A stretch of DNA of 64,000 nucleotides from Paraspadella gotoi (GCA_051294375.1 CM119263.1:7343891-7407890); one strand, 5' to 3'; shown: positions 36,538 to 53,028, numbered from the stretch's first letter. The notes: generated by a model not told the origin, from the letters alone. Program-made: numbers and translations.

Positions 36538-39500
36538 CTGACAAAGTGGGGATTTGGGAATTAATGACCGAGGAAAATAAGAACACATCATTGACTGGAA
36601 CTGCATTCGAGTTGCGCGACATCGGAACTATACAAGTTTTTATCTCTGATTGAAATAAAAAATATTTTCATTTTTTTACCATTTAATTCGTTTCTGAAGT
36701 AAATCCGGTGTATAAAATTCCAAATTGATTGATTGATTGAGGCTGTATTGCATTTCGAAGTTGATTTAATTTTAAGAATTATATTCTACATTTTGCGTTC
36801 ATATCAAAACGTAATTTTCTTCTGTTTCTCGTCATCTCAAAATCTTAACCTTTGATATCCTTTTTTTTTTCTTTAAAAAACATATCTGTCATTTTTGCGA
36901 AAAACGCGCAGACCACAAATCAGAACGACCTTAAAGAAAACGTATCTTTGTCGTGCGTTCACCTTTCATCGTTCGAACTCGGTTTGTTCGGGGAGCGAGA
37001 GAGGGAGAAAGAAAGAGAGAGAGAGAGAGAGAGGGGGGGAGAATTTATTCCAAACAGTTGTTTTTAGGGAATTGGTCTTCGACAATACACAGAGGTTCTC
37101 TCTCGTGTTCTCTCTTCTTCGGCTCAAATCCGAAAATTTCTGATCGTTTGTTTTGTTTCTTTTTTGGACTTAATAAATGTCCTATGTCCAATGGACATTG
37201 TCCAATGTCCATTGTCTATAGTCCAATGTCCTACTATGCCTGTTTGTGCTTCGAGCCTTCGAGCAAATTTGTTTTACTCTCCGTTGGCTGACTTTTGTTT
37301 CTCGATGGACGATACAGAATTTTGAACGCGTTGGTAAGTTTATTCATTTACAAAACAATATGGCGACGAGGATGTAGTATTAATACTATTTAACATAAAA
37401 CAGGTCGTGAAATAACTAGATTAAAATTTAAACTTCCAACCTTATGGGTCTTTAAAAAAACGTGCACGTCAGAGGCTGTCGAAACAACTCAACTTTTCCT
37501 TCCGCGACGTTCTAAAGATAAAAATAACCCAGATACTAATTTTCTCCCAGTTTCCCTCTTTTCTTCGCGACTAAATCGGCGTTTAAACTTTTCCTGAAAT
37601 ACTGGGCCGGCCTTCATCGAGATATATCGTCCAATGGTGAATCCACGGACGTCTAACTTTTATTTCCGCTCGGACACGCCCATGTCTAACGCCACTATCG
37701 TTTAAACAATGTTCAATGTCAAATTGTCCATAGGCCGGTCAGATAATGGCGCCGGATAAGATAAATATTAAGAATCCATTAGAGAATTTAGTTTTGCGAA
37801 TGCAATCGAAAAAATTGAATTAAATTTTAAAGGTTATCTCTTGGTCTGACAGGTAAGTTACGCTCCGCGGTTCAGTTAATATTTGAAAGCCTATGAGATT
37901 GGTACAACCAAAGCAAAAATATCTATTCATTTATTAGCAAAGCTATCTTGCCCCTGACTTTGTACAGGCTATATAATTGTATGGCACGATGTTCTAGCAG
38001 GGACAGGACAGGAGCTCGTGAGATCCGCGTGGATGGGCATTCTATTTAGTTCGGGCGATCGATCAATCCAACAATCCGATCGATTCATTCACGATGAGTC
38101 GATGAGCCACGAGGAATCGAGAGCGAACGTTTAAAAGCTTAGAATCTTGCGAAAAATAAAGAAAGAAAAAATCGTTACAGAATTGGGTTCAGATCGTGTA
38201 AGGGGGGATTTGAGAAAAAAAAATCTCTCCATGAGTTAGAAAACTGTGGGTCTTAATTTAAAATCGGGGGGGGGGGAAACAAGCGAGAGAACCGTGAACT
38301 GAGTAGCGAGAGTTTTTGTGGCGGTGCGGAGATAAGAAGCAGGGTTATGGTTGGAAAACGTGATAAGTTAATCTGATATGTTGATCGTAGATATAATACA
38401 TTTTGATGCAACTGTAGAAAAGGTCAATTAGTGAACGATTTGAACACGACTTGTTTACTGGTTGAATGAATTTAACGATAGAAACAAAATTTTGCTTCTT
38501 TTTTATGGCGAAGAAGAGAAAGCGGCGTTTAAACTGGAAATATGAGATGAGGTCGAGAGGACGAGAATGAGAGAGACACTAAGTGTTAAAATTAAAAATC
38601 TCGCGCATAGGAATCGTAAGGCGAGATGATAAGAGATCGAGTGAAACGGAACAAAATGATTTTTTTCTCCCAAATACCAAAATCAGAAGTAGAAAAAAAA
38701 TATTAAAGTACGCCTACAAATCTTGGCGGGTGGGAAAAAATGATAATTGAATTAGTTTCAGTTTTTTATTTGATTGTGACAGGGTCAAAGCATATAAGGT
38801 AACAGTAATGTAAAAGATTTGTAATTATAGAACATTTAGGTAATATGTAAAGAATAAAATTGCCTTTACTTTCGGTTATAACAATGAATTGTGAGAATGT
38901 GATGAACCAAAAGAAAAATCTCACTGATAACTTTTAGTATTTTTTTTTCTGTAGAATATAAGATCTGATCTGATCTTCCTATTTTTTATACAGCAGTACT
39001 TTCTTTTTAAGTTAACCAGTTAGCTGATCATTTGTTTCTCTTTGAAAGCCCAAACTCGAAAAGAATCCTGTTTGAAGCTGCCACCTATAGTAAATGATGA
39101 TCAACCACCGAGGAGACCACAGCGCTGATTTGGTTGGAATCACTCAATTTTGCGCAACAGGAAAATCAAATAAAAGACATTTTGTGAATTGGAGAAAATT
39201 TGATGGTCAAGCAACTGCAAGATTTTTCCGAATTTGGCACAAATTTTTCTCTTTTCTTTTTTCTTAAATGGCATTGTGTTTCGGTAAAATTTAGTTTAAA
39301 CAAGGCTTATATAGATCATTAGCCACAATTATTAACCTACAATTATTTGTAAGTTTAATAGGCGACAAAAGAAATTGGAGCGGAGGTAAGTTTTTATAAT
39401 TTCTATTAATTAATGCTCCCGGGATTGACTTACAATTACGACGACGAAAAAAAAACTGGAAAGTATCATTTTCCTTCATGCCTTTTTTGTTTTTGTTTTG

Positions 39501-40655
39501 CTTTTCAAAGAGAAAAGAGGATTTTGAGAGTATTTACTGTAAAAAAGTAAAACCGAGACATAATCAGATTTTCCCTGACAGTAAAATCCGCTTGGGATTT
39601 GATTCAAATTCCGAATTTTCATTCTTTCCACCTCCGCGTCTCTCACGAATTGAAAAGGGGGGGAACCGACTTTGAAGTCAATCTGCCTCACATCGAAATG
39701 CCGCCGGATCGAATCCACCGGTGAAGGTTTTTTTTTTTTTTCAATCTTCAATCTGTGAGTCACAGATTTACATATTTGTATTTTGAGGAAAGCCGAAGAA
39801 TCAACCCTACGATCGGAATAAAACCTCCCTGCGGTTTAGCTACTGGCAAATTCATTGGCTCTTAATTTCCTTCGATTTGTACTCAAAAATCTTATTTCCC
39901 CTCTCGTCTCTCTCTCTTCTCTTCTCATTCTCTCTCTCTCTCGTCTCTCTCTCTCTCTTCTTCCCTCTCTCTCACTCTCCCTCAACTCTCCATCCCGCAT
40001 CTACGTAACCAAAATCCTTTCCTTGTCCTCTTTCGAGGATTTTTTTTTGATTGAATTTGGCAAAAAAATTGTCCAAATTTGGCACGATTTCAAATTCGTC
40101 GGGATTTCATGTCCTTCCGGAGACTTTTTTTCCTTTTTTTTTTCTTTATTTTTCTCTCTTTTTTTATTTTGACTCGTAGGAGGTCCCCGGCTTAGGGAGG
40201 CGGTGGGGGTGGTTGAGGTGGACAGAGGGGGGGGTTAGGGAAGGAGCGAAACGGGAGGGAGGGAGAGAAAAGGGTTTTGCCAAATTCCCAATTTCCTTGA
40301 AATTCGCTTTTTTAGCCTCAGAAATTAATCCCGTTAAAAGACTCTCTTCCAGTTTGATACCAAAGATAGAAGTTAAATAGAGAGAAGATAGGAATTTAAC
40401 TGGGAATTAGCGACGGAAACCGGAACTTAAAAAATCGAAGATAGCAGCAAAGAAACAGAAGTTGATATCAAAAGTAAACACAAGAGCAGAATATAAAAAA
40501 TGTAAAACTACGAGGCAAAATAGAAATGGAGATAGAAAATAGAACCCAGTGAGGAATTTGAGCCGATTCGAAAATCGATCCAATATCAGTCGAATTGAGA
40601 TTCAATTTCCGAGGGACTTAATTTTTTTACGACTAATTTTATTAATTTTTTACGG

Positions 40656-40711
<56 letters not shown>

Positions 40712-42249
40712 ACTCTCTTTCACTCTCTCTCCAGTGGTTTATTCAAATTGTCACAAAATAAATAGCCCGTGCCAGATAAAAGGCAGGAATGCGTTTCTCA
40801 ACTTTTATAATTTGATTAATTCAAATTGTATCGATTTTATTCAGTCGCTGTGATTATCGTTTAAACAAGCCCCTATCTTTTTTTTACTTTACAATTCGGA
40901 TTTGGAAAAAAAAAATATTACTTTCAGAAACATAAAATAGAAAACTATAGATCTACGAATAAAGGAAAAAACGAACAAGAAAAAAATCTTTCTTCATTGA
41001 AGAATGATTATGCATCTTCATGCATCAACTTTCAGCAAAAATTCATGGTAAGTTCACATCACCTTTTTGAGATCGTTTTCTCAAGTTTCTTTTTCTTGCT
41101 CAATACTCATTTATTGTTTAAATGTCATATTGTTTCAAATCGTTTAATCTTCTTATTGTCTTAATTGTCAAATTGTCTCTTTTATTTCAGAAAAAAAAAA
41201 AAAAATTCTTTTTCACTTTGACGTAGGTCGGCGTATTTTTATGAGGAATCCTATTGTTTTTTTTAAACACCACTACCAATAAAAAAATTATTCCAATCCG
41301 ATTTTTCCTTTTTCTTTGCAAAACAATGAAAAAGGGAAAAAAAAAATTTCGTTTTCTAAGGATTTGACGTAACCGACGAATGAAAATAATACAAAAATAC
41401 CAAAACGAAAATTATTCTCTTTTACATTCGCTAAAGAACAATTAGGCGGAGGTGGGCCGATTTTTCCTTGAAAAGAAATGGAATTTCGCGGGGAAAGTTG
41501 GATGCGGAGCAAATGGAAATTAGCCCTTAATTTTTATTGCGTTTGCAAGACTAATCTAACGGCATTTTATCATGCGTTGGATTTTGGCGTAATGCATGAT
41601 GTCATTTTAATGTACCATTTACCGTTGCGCATTCTTGCACTGAAAAGCGCACATATTTAATTTGTTTCGATAAAGTCGATGCAACAGAAATTTGCAAAGG
41701 TGAAAGATGACGTTTTTGAGCTGTTCTTGCAAGGCTGATTGCAATGTGACAATGTCGACAAAAATCCAACAGATGAAGTTTTCGACCTTTTATCACTACA
41801 ACGATGAAGACTTTAGCATTTTTGTTTCGTCCCCGGAAGATATTGAAACACGACGTTGGCTCAAAATGTCACTTTCAGTCTCTCTTTTTGGCTAACCCTA
41901 TCTTAACCTTCCAAAATAAATTCCGCTCTTATCACTATCAGTCTTGAAAATCGCAGATTTCGCGTCTTGACTTGGAAAATTTTGCTCTCCTCCAACTCAG
42001 CCATATCTTTTCTGCCCCTCATGGACAAAATTTGGAACCCATCTTTCTAAAATCATCTTCTTCTTCGTCGTCGTCGTTGTCGTCGTCATCTTCGTCGTCG
42101 GCGTCTCTTTCTTATCAAAATCTGTCTCTTCCAATGACCTTCGGCCGATTTTAAGTGACCCCACAAGACTGAAAATAAATGACTTTGTCCGCCGATGANN
42201 NNNNNNNNNNNNNNNNNNNNNNNAATTCTACTTTAAGCGGGGGAGAGGG

Positions 42250-44050
<1,801 letters not shown>

Positions 44051-45139
44051 AAGAGTCTCTCACTGTCTCTCTCTCTTCTCTCTCGTCGTCTCTCTCTCCT
44101 CCTCTCTCTCTCTCTCTCTCTCTCGTCTCTCTTGGCTCCATAAATTTTTCCGATGTGGAAATTCCAAATCCTTTTTTTTTTGGACTAATTAAGTGGGAAA
44201 CCAGAAAACGATTCCAACAGAAGAAAAAAGCCAAATTCAAAATTGACCAACGAATTTTCTGGACTCGGGTCTGAGTCAATGTCTCGGGGATTCGGGGGAA
44301 TTAGTTGGGTTCCGTGATTGAGATGGTTGGGGCTGGCTGGTGTTGGTTGGGTCAGAAGAGAGAATGGGAAAGGACAAGCCGGTTTGAAAAACAGGGGGTA
44401 GTTTTGTAGTCGTTCTTGGTTTTCAAATGTTACTTATTTTGTTACAGATATTCTGATCGGAAAATTGACGAATGAACTACAATTTAGTAATAAAATTTAT
44501 TTTAAGGCTAAAAATACTAGAAAAAATACTTGAAATTTAAGTATTAATTATATTTTCACTATGGAGAAGCAGCGCAAGTACGAAAACGATATTTTTTGCC
44601 AAATATTTCTACTTATTTTTTTAAGTCATCATCAGTGGTAAAAGATTTAATAGGAATAAAAGTGTTTTTTTTTTCTGGAAACAAATAACAAATATAGAGA
44701 CAGACTAAGAGAAATTTAATTTAGAGTTAAAAATACTTTTCATTCCTCTCTTAGCGGTCGAATATATTTCTCCTCTTCTCCCGAGAATAGAACACAACAA
44801 AGTATTGCCGTAGGGAGTGACCAAAACTACAGCAACTTCCATTTCCATAAATATTGCACATTAAAACAACGACGACAGGCGGTTCTTTCTTCTTCGATCA
44901 CCTTGTTTTGTTCGTAGAAACTCTAATGAAGCCAAAATTAACAACGTTCTAACCGTTTTCGCGTGACAGAATTCGTTTCCATCTTTATTTGTCGCCTTTG
45001 AAATTAAGCGACGCTCTTTACCTTTCGATNNNNNNNNNNNNNNNNNNNNNNNNNTCGACGTCGTCGAACGAGTAATTTCTTTATAAGAAAGGAGAGAGAG
45101 AGAGATGAGAGAGAGAAGAGAGAGAGAGGAGAGAGAGAG

Positions 45140-45187
<48 letters not shown>

Positions 45188-46376
45188 AGAGAGAGCGAAA
45201 GAAAGGGGTGGAAAGAGAAAGCACGGATGCGGGAGAGAGCATGTGGCGGAGCGAGCAAATGGCCTTCGGGCTTACCCGGGCAGGCGGTGGGGGTTTGTTG
45301 TAATGGTGATATTGCATGGGCAAAAGTAGGTCGATCTGCTGGGGAATATATCTAAAAGATTTATGGGAAAGAGAGGAGGACTCTGCGGATGAGGAGAGGC
45401 GACGGGGACTGGGAGGCGGGGTACGAGAGTCTCTCAAACGCGAGCGGCATCCTGCCGATCAGTGGCTTTCAAAACCTCGGAGGACCTACACGTAAAGATA
45501 CTATTTACCGGTTGAACAACTGTTGAACGGACGGTTGTTCTGAAGAGTTTTAAACACCCATGGCACACATCAAATGGAAGATGACTATCTATAACGTTAA
45601 TAAGGAAGGACATATTCTGGAAGAAAGGGAAGTAATATATTAGATAATGCATAGACGAGATGGACTGAGTTAGAAAAGCATTGGACAATAAGCCAATAGG
45701 CATATTCTTTATTCGAGATGTTCTCCTCAAATATTTTCCATAATGAGTTAATTGGGAATAATCAACAGATATAAGGATTAAAATACATGGTAGTGTATAT
45801 AAATATATATATATATATTTGCAGGATAAATAATTATATCTTTTAGGCAGTTATATTGTGATTTTAGGGTATGTAGATAAGAGAAATATCGATATAGCGA
45901 TACCTGAAAAATTTTCGGGTTATTTACAGGAAAAACCAATCATGATCAATCGGTTTAATGAGCTCGAACGCCCTGGGAAACCAATAAAGAATAGAAATAA
46001 AAAGGCGCGTCCTAGTGGTGGACGGGCAGCCCTCTGAAGCCGCTCTGTGATGATCATTCGAATTGGGGTTAGAAAAGGGGCTTTTTAGTATGGAGCATCA
46101 AAAACCCGTATATCTGTTGGCCAAACCCGGGCGGCCATCGTTTTTTTAACTTTTAAATTTTTTGTTTAATGTTTCAAGGTCGGGTTCGGGAATGCGGAGA
46201 CAAGATTTAAAAAGCTTTTATTTTCCTCTTTCAAATCATACGATGGGAAATAGGAAATAGAGGGGACTGAAATTGGGTTTTGGTAGATCAAAGATGTATG
46301 GTTCAAATGGCTGAGTCAATGTAGAGCTTTGAAAGGGCATTTTAAATAATATATATAAAAATTATATGTTACTATT

Positions 46377-46544
46377 TGTCAGGGCCAGCAGGTTCCCGTG
46401 GCAGGCGCCAGTGCCCTCCATGGTCCTCCGACAATCACCAATAATCTAATACACAACAATAAGGGACACAGACTGACAGAAACCGAGGCGCACGGCCATC
46501 TCCGAGCTGAGGCGGGTGGCGCTGGTCCACGACTCACCCCAACA
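46377..46544. mobile_element. Candidate short solo LTR
   Basis: 168-nt GC-rich island, TGTCAGGG...CCCCAACA (TG..CA with imperfect terminal inverted repeat); no TSD seen. Confidence 0.3.
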
Positions 46545-49500
46545 AAAAAAAAAATAAAGGGGGTCAAGTTGGTAGTGTAAAAATATGTGTTTGGCACCCG
46601 GGTGAGCGCGAGGGCGAATGATAAAAAAAAAAACAAAAAAAAGAAAATAAAGTACATTAATCAGCGAGCTTTTGGTGGGTTAGATATAAAGATGATGTTC
46701 TTTTTAAAGTAATAAAGGGAAAGGAAAAAAGTAAGAAAGAAAAAAGGGTAATGAAAGGAAAGGAAAGAAAGAAAGGAGGAGAAGAAGAAAGATAAGAAGA
46801 AAGGAAAGGAGGAAGAAAGAATCCAGGGAAAGAAACAAACAAACAAAGAAAGAAGGAAAAAAGAAAAATCACAAAGCAAAGAATTAAATAAGAATACAAA
46901 GGGAAAATTCAATCACTGTCTTGGGCATGCATAAAACGACAGGGACAGTTTCCTCGAAGGGACTCAGTCATCGGCCCAGTTATGACTTTGGCCCAGACAA
47001 ACAAGGAGAGACATAGATCGGTGACCGAGTGGCCCATGGAATAGCATCGGTGGGGACGCTCGCAGATATAAGGGCGGGCGAAAGATTGTGCCGGATGGGA
47101 CGAGCCGGAATGCGTTGAGGGAGTGTTCGCCTGGAATGATCAATTATGAAGAGACGAATTACAACAGTGAAAAGATAATCAGGAATGTAACGCCAAACAC
47201 TTCTTATCGTGAAATCCACAAGAAATTAAGCTATGTTGAACTGGGGGAAGAATGGGTATCAGGCTAAAGGTGGGGATGATATCTCTGGTTAAGGCTAGTC
47301 TGCGTGGCATCGCAGGGAAAAGTGAGTAATGAAGGGTAAGGAATATATTGGGTAATGATGAGGTATATGTGAACTGATAGACAAAGGGGGGACTAAGGGT
47401 AATAAAGGGGAAAAGGGAGAGGGAGTGGATTGGCAGGAGATCGCCCGGAAGGACCGGAGAGGAGAAGTTGAAGCTAGTGGTCGCGTGCATCCAAGACCTC
47501 TAATATTCCGTGACTCGGAGATGAAGAGGAGGGGAACAGGACCAAACGAGGGGAAGGGGTAGGAGGCGTTGAAGAGGAATGAGAAGGGCGCCCGGGGAGA
47601 GTGAAGGTTCGTGGGCAGGGTAAGGTGAGCATCTATCTTAGGCCTCGTGCTTGGTCGGTAGGGGACCAGCCACTTGGTCTTGAAGGTTGGTACGACAGGG
47701 GTGGAGCGTCCGGGCGAATCAATATTGGTGTTGTTTGGGCGTACTGGGAGTCGTGGTTGAGGGGAGAGGTCAGGGGGACAAGGGGTGGAGCGGCCGGGGC
47801 CGGGAGGATCAAGATGGGGGATTGGGTTGGGGTGGGACGCGGGATGGTGATATTGGGGGGCGGCGGGGGATGTCTTAGGTCCTCCTATATGAGAGAGTTC
47901 CGACACCTTCATCGATGGGGTTAGATTGGAAGCGAGGCGGTTTGGGTGCAGGAGAGGGGGTCAGAACCCAATGAGGGAAGTCGCTGAAGTCAATAATGGG
48001 GTGAATCGATGGACGGAGGGTGGAAGGGCCGGAAAGGGCTTGGGGGTTTTTGTTATTCTATTATTTTTCTTTTGCGGGCACATTGAGCTCGTTAAGTCGG
48101 GGATTGGGGCTTTTGGTATGGGTTCGAGTTTGGGGCGAGGGAGGACGCTGTGTGGGTCTTACGCCACACTGTGGAAAGGAGAAGACGCATAATCTACTGA
48201 CTAAAATCAATCTGAGGTCGGAGGATATATTTTTGTTTTAATGGATTGTTTCTTTTTGTTGATAGAAAAATAAAGTTGACGCACAGTTTCTTTGAAAATA
48301 TATACCCACATGAAGAGAAAGAAGAGAAAAAAATGTGAGTGTACCTTAAAACATATAACCATAATGACTGGTAGAAACTAACCTCTATAAATTAAAAGAT
48401 GCTCGCACACTATGCCGAATAACAAATCATAAATAAGAATCGTATGGGAATGGGTTGTCGATGATTTAATTCGAATATTATATGTTTGTTAAAACTCTTT
48501 AAGTCGTGACGCGGAAGAACGACGGCAAATAGTAATAGTGTTGTAACTCAGCTATGGCGATGAGACCTGGTGAACCTACAGAAAGTAAAATGATTAACGA
48601 GAAAATTCGGAAGTGACGGAGACCTTCAAAGGTAGTAATAAGCTAGAGACCGGGATATTCGGTTTTGAGAGAGAAGGGAACATGAATTCTTTTTTTTATA
48701 AAATAAACATTTGTCCACCAAATGCAGAATTAAATTTTAATGCAGAACATTTAAAATTCATTAGAATGCATATATTGTTGTAACAGAAGAGGTATAATAC
48801 GAATATTGTAAGAAAGAAAAGGCAAGGTCTCAGAGCTTTTATAAAGATGCTGAGTGACTAGGAGAAAAAATTGTAAAACAAAGGGGGGTTGCATATAAGG
48901 GTTACTACAAGAATAGGTAAATGAGGGAAGCAGGGGGAAAGGGAGAGCCAATGAGTATACAGAAAGAGACGTTGGTCCCTGTGGGTAAGTCGCTTCGCAG
49001 ATGCACCGGTGGGAAAGAGAAACAATGATACGTTGACCGGGACGGAAGTCGAAGAAAGACGGAGGATTTATGGTCCTGAGGTCGACCTGAGAGAGATTAA
49101 AGGGTGGGAGGTAATTTTTAGTTTTTAATTTTAAATGGACTGTTTGGGAGTACCGCGTGAAAGGGGGAGATGACGGCAGGTGAGAGAGAAGGGGGGAGTG
49201 GTTGGGGTGGGGAAGAGGGGAGGTAAGTGAGGAATGAGCGATAAGAGGAAGGGTTTTTTAGCGGGATCTAAGAGCAGAATCGCCAATGCGTTATTGTATG
49301 TCGATCATCGTCGGCCATCGTACGTCGATCAATCAGGTCGACCATCGTCAACTATCGGGGGACTCGGGGTGTGGTCAGTTACGGATCCCGGATTACGTAT
49401 CGGTCCCTGAATGATCTAAAGGCAGAACGTTCCGTACCTCATAACTGATTATGAAATTAGAATGGTTTTAGAATTATGTTATGTGGTGACATTGTTAATG

Positions 49501-50249
49501 TCGGGATAACCTATCATTATAAAACTTCTATTTGTTTTTTTCTTCTTCTTATTGTTTTTTTTTTTTTTTTTTTTTTGTTACTCCGTGAAAGTGGGATGTA
49601 TTGGGATCTAATAGCACTATGGTAGTTGGGGTTCATTATTTATTTTTTTTGTTTTACTTTTTTTTTTTTTTAAACGGGTGGAGCACTATCGGGTAGCAAT
49701 TCAAGGGAAAAGGCAGGCAGAAAGAGTAGGTTAACGTAAAAAATATTTGTTTTCCAAATACAGAGGGAAGAACTATAAAAGTTTTTTTAATACTTATATC
49801 CAATCTTATTATAACGAAGCTTATGTGGTACTGGTGATTCCATAGGGCAATGATGGGTTTGACCAATGACACGGGTCTTTGTTTCATTCCTAGGACAATG
49901 AAGTCCAGCAGAGATATGAGAAAATCCTGAAGCTTGACAGATTTAAAAATGGTAAAAAGTTCGACGGACCTTTAAGGATCAAAATTTCAAAATCGACTTA
50001 GATATATCAAATGATCAGGAAAATTGATGAAGGAAGGTAGGACAACAAACATGGGGAAAAACAAGTATGCCTGGGAGGTCAGGACAAGAAGGACAAAAGC
50101 GGCAAAGGAGAAAAGGTTGCAACAGAGCAACCGTCAATAATAGTCGTAAATTTTTGGGCGCAAAAAAAAAAAAAGCGGGTTTAGACAGGAGTAGAGGATG
50201 AGATTATCAAAGATCAATTGTTGGATAGTTTCAGAAGAAGGGGGCAAGT

Positions 50250-52600
50250 CATTAAGTCATAGTGCGAACAGACCAGTACACGGGAGAACTTAGAAGACGC
50301 TTTGGGAAGGGTCATGGGATTTGAGTTTCGGTGTGGTATAAGTTGATTTTTGGGTGTTTTTGTTTTTGAGTATTTGAGTTTATGAGGATTTCGAGGGATT
50401 TTGAGGGGTTTTGTTGGGCAGTTCATCATGTTTTTGTAAGGCAAACAGTCAAGAGGCGAGGGAAAGGTGCAATCATGTCTGGGTTTTAAAGCTATTCTGG
50501 AAGGATAACGATCATTGGGTGATATTATGCTTCACGCTGCTATTTCTCGTCATTCCAGACTCAATTTGTGGTTAGCTTGTTATTTTTCCACGGAGGTGCT
50601 CATATGAATGTTTTTGTAAAACTCACCAGCCCTTTAAAGATAAGGCACAATAAGGATAAACTTTCCCATTTCATATCGTTGGTGTAAGGGGCTTGTGCTC
50701 TTTACTTCCCACGAGGTTTTTACACAACAAAATAGTAAGTTCATCGCTTTGGGAACAGGTGATTTCCTGACATGGGAAACGGGTACCCTGATAACGCCTA
50801 TCTCACTCATCCTTTTGTTTAATTGGAATGTCAAATGAAAATGAATGAATCCTGAGGTCAAGATTTTCTAAAGACTGCCTGGTTTCTTGTGAAATACCCT
50901 TTGCCGGGACATGTATATTATTGTGTATTTTTGTTGAACATATACTTTTATTTTTCCTGAGATAAGTGGTCATCTATGATCATATATAAGGGGAGTTGGG
51001 AAGTTGTATGTTAGTCCCTCAGTGGGTAGTCGGAAAATGTCTATTGGGGGTGTGAGGACGTCCTGTTGGAATTGGATGTTGCTGGTTGGGGACGTTTGGA
51101 AGCTGGCTGGTTGGTGGCTGGGCAGGAAGCGCGAGTCGCTGGAAGAGATTGGACCTTGTCCGGTGATGTGGAACTAGATATGGGGTCGGTGGACTCAGGG
51201 TCTGAAGTATTCTTGTGAATTTTTTTTTCACGCGGGATGGAATCATGGAGTGACGAAGTGGTGAAAAACCCATTGCAGGGAGCGGAAACAACGACGCAAT
51301 TAGACCGGAACAATGCTAGTGGAGATGGATGACGCGGTTATGAGAGTAGCGTTAAACAAGCCGGGAAAACAAAGTCGGTGTGGTGGCGGTTGGAATCGAA
51401 TTTTGTTTATTTGGATCATTGGATAATGAGGAGTCTCTATAAACTTAAGCATTGGAAGTGATGCTGAAGTTGATATTTTAACCCATAGAAGCAAAAGAAG
51501 GCAAGGTCAAGATTTTAAGAGGGTTAGCGGGGGAAAAGAGAAAATTTTGGCTGGGGGTGATTGTTGGTAGGAGGGCTTTTCGATGTATAGGGCATAGTAC
51601 TCGCTTAATCGGGCGGCGGGATAATTTCCGGATTGTGGGACTAATAGGTCGCGCCAAATAAAAGACTATTCGCGTGGTCGAATGTCGTTGTGTGGGCTGT
51701 AGTAAGAGGGAGACAAAGACAGGAGACGGTGAATGTTGTTGGCTTTCACTTATCATTCTATTTAATCATTGATTAGAGGTCAGCGCAAGGTCAACGGCGT
51801 TGGAGGGTTGGTGGGGCCGCGCTCAAAGGTGAGAATGGTTCGTGTCTATGCTTTTAGCCTTTGGTTTACTTGTTCAAGCTCGATGTTTAAGGTTCAACTC
51901 AGGTTCGCCTTTTCTTTTTAGATGCCTAAGTTTTGCATTGAATGCTTTGTTTGCCCCATTCCAGTTTGATATATGGCGTGGATGACTTGTGGAAAAGTTT
52001 TTTATTATGTTCATTATATTCATTTTTGATATTCGCGATAAAGCCGTTTCTCCCGCTCACCCTTTGTTTCTTTGTAGGCTCCCTATTTAGCGCTAATTAA
52101 TGCGTTGCCAAGGAAGTTCTTGATTTATCTTTGTACACTAAGTATGCCACTATGTTTCCTTTTATCAAGAGTTTGAACTGGATGTTTTAGGAAAATTTTA
52201 TCACATTTAGGAATTTTTCAATAGTTTCTTGACTTAGTTTTTGCTTTATGTCGTGTTAGTTATTCCATCGGCGATCGTCTTGATTGTCATAAGATTCTTC
52301 ATTTGTTGCTTTTTTGAGGCAAAGTTCGTGTTTCTTTTTTCCCCTTTGCAAAGTTTAAGCTGAAGTTTTGTGAGAATTTGTTTTCATTTCTGGTTGTTCA
52401 TCCCCTGAGGCCAGTTGCCTGCCTTAGTTATTGCCTTAGGCGCTCGTTCGCGCTTAATGTCATAGAAGTAAACTTTTGTTGTATGCTTCGAAGAGAAGTC
52501 CGTCGGCCTATTTATGGTTGTCATAAATACAACAGGATATTTCCGAGAGTTGTTGGTGAATGATTTGTTAGATTGCTCCATTTGGATGCTTTTAACTGGA
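50250..52600 (-). mobile_element. Highly decayed LTR-retrotransposon pol (RT-RNaseH-integrase order, Gypsy/retrovirus-like)
   Basis: Frameshifted motif remnants in order: YDIK..WPQGMNN (~52400-52470), NFLGNALIS (~52100), ARLSEYYALYI / PLKILT (~51500-51610), IDIFRLP..MIIDDHLS (~50960-51050), YQGTRF and TSPLHQ (~50680-50790), KFS..TGLF (~50270). Confidence 0.5.
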
Positions 52601-52987
52601 CCTTCTCATATCACCGACCTACTGATTGTTTGTCTAGTAGAAGCCGTTTTCTAATTTCTTTCTCGAAAAGGTCCGTGCGTCGTCGTCATCTCGATAAAAA
52701 GGAATGGAACGAGGAAGAAACTAAAAATGTGAAGGTGGAGTCGAAAGACCAAAGACGGGGCTCGTGACGTCAAGCTGTCCTACATTAATACGGTCGATGG
52801 TCGACGCTTAAGACGGCGGCAGCGGCGGCAGGAACGGGGCAGCGAAATTCCCGCCCCGGCGACAGCAGCGGAAAGCAGCTGCACAGGTTTGATGAGCCCG
52901 TGCGGATCCTCGCCAGTTTTTATTCTTCGGAGCGAAAAGAGGAAAAATTTGTCTTCCTTCATTTTGGCTGCCCTGGTTCGGCTTTCG

Positions 52988-53028
<41 letters not shown>

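Noticed and set aside
49893-50000. Plus-strand KKFDGPLRI, resembling an integrase GPY/F motif
   Set aside because: Single short motif with no supporting domains on that strand
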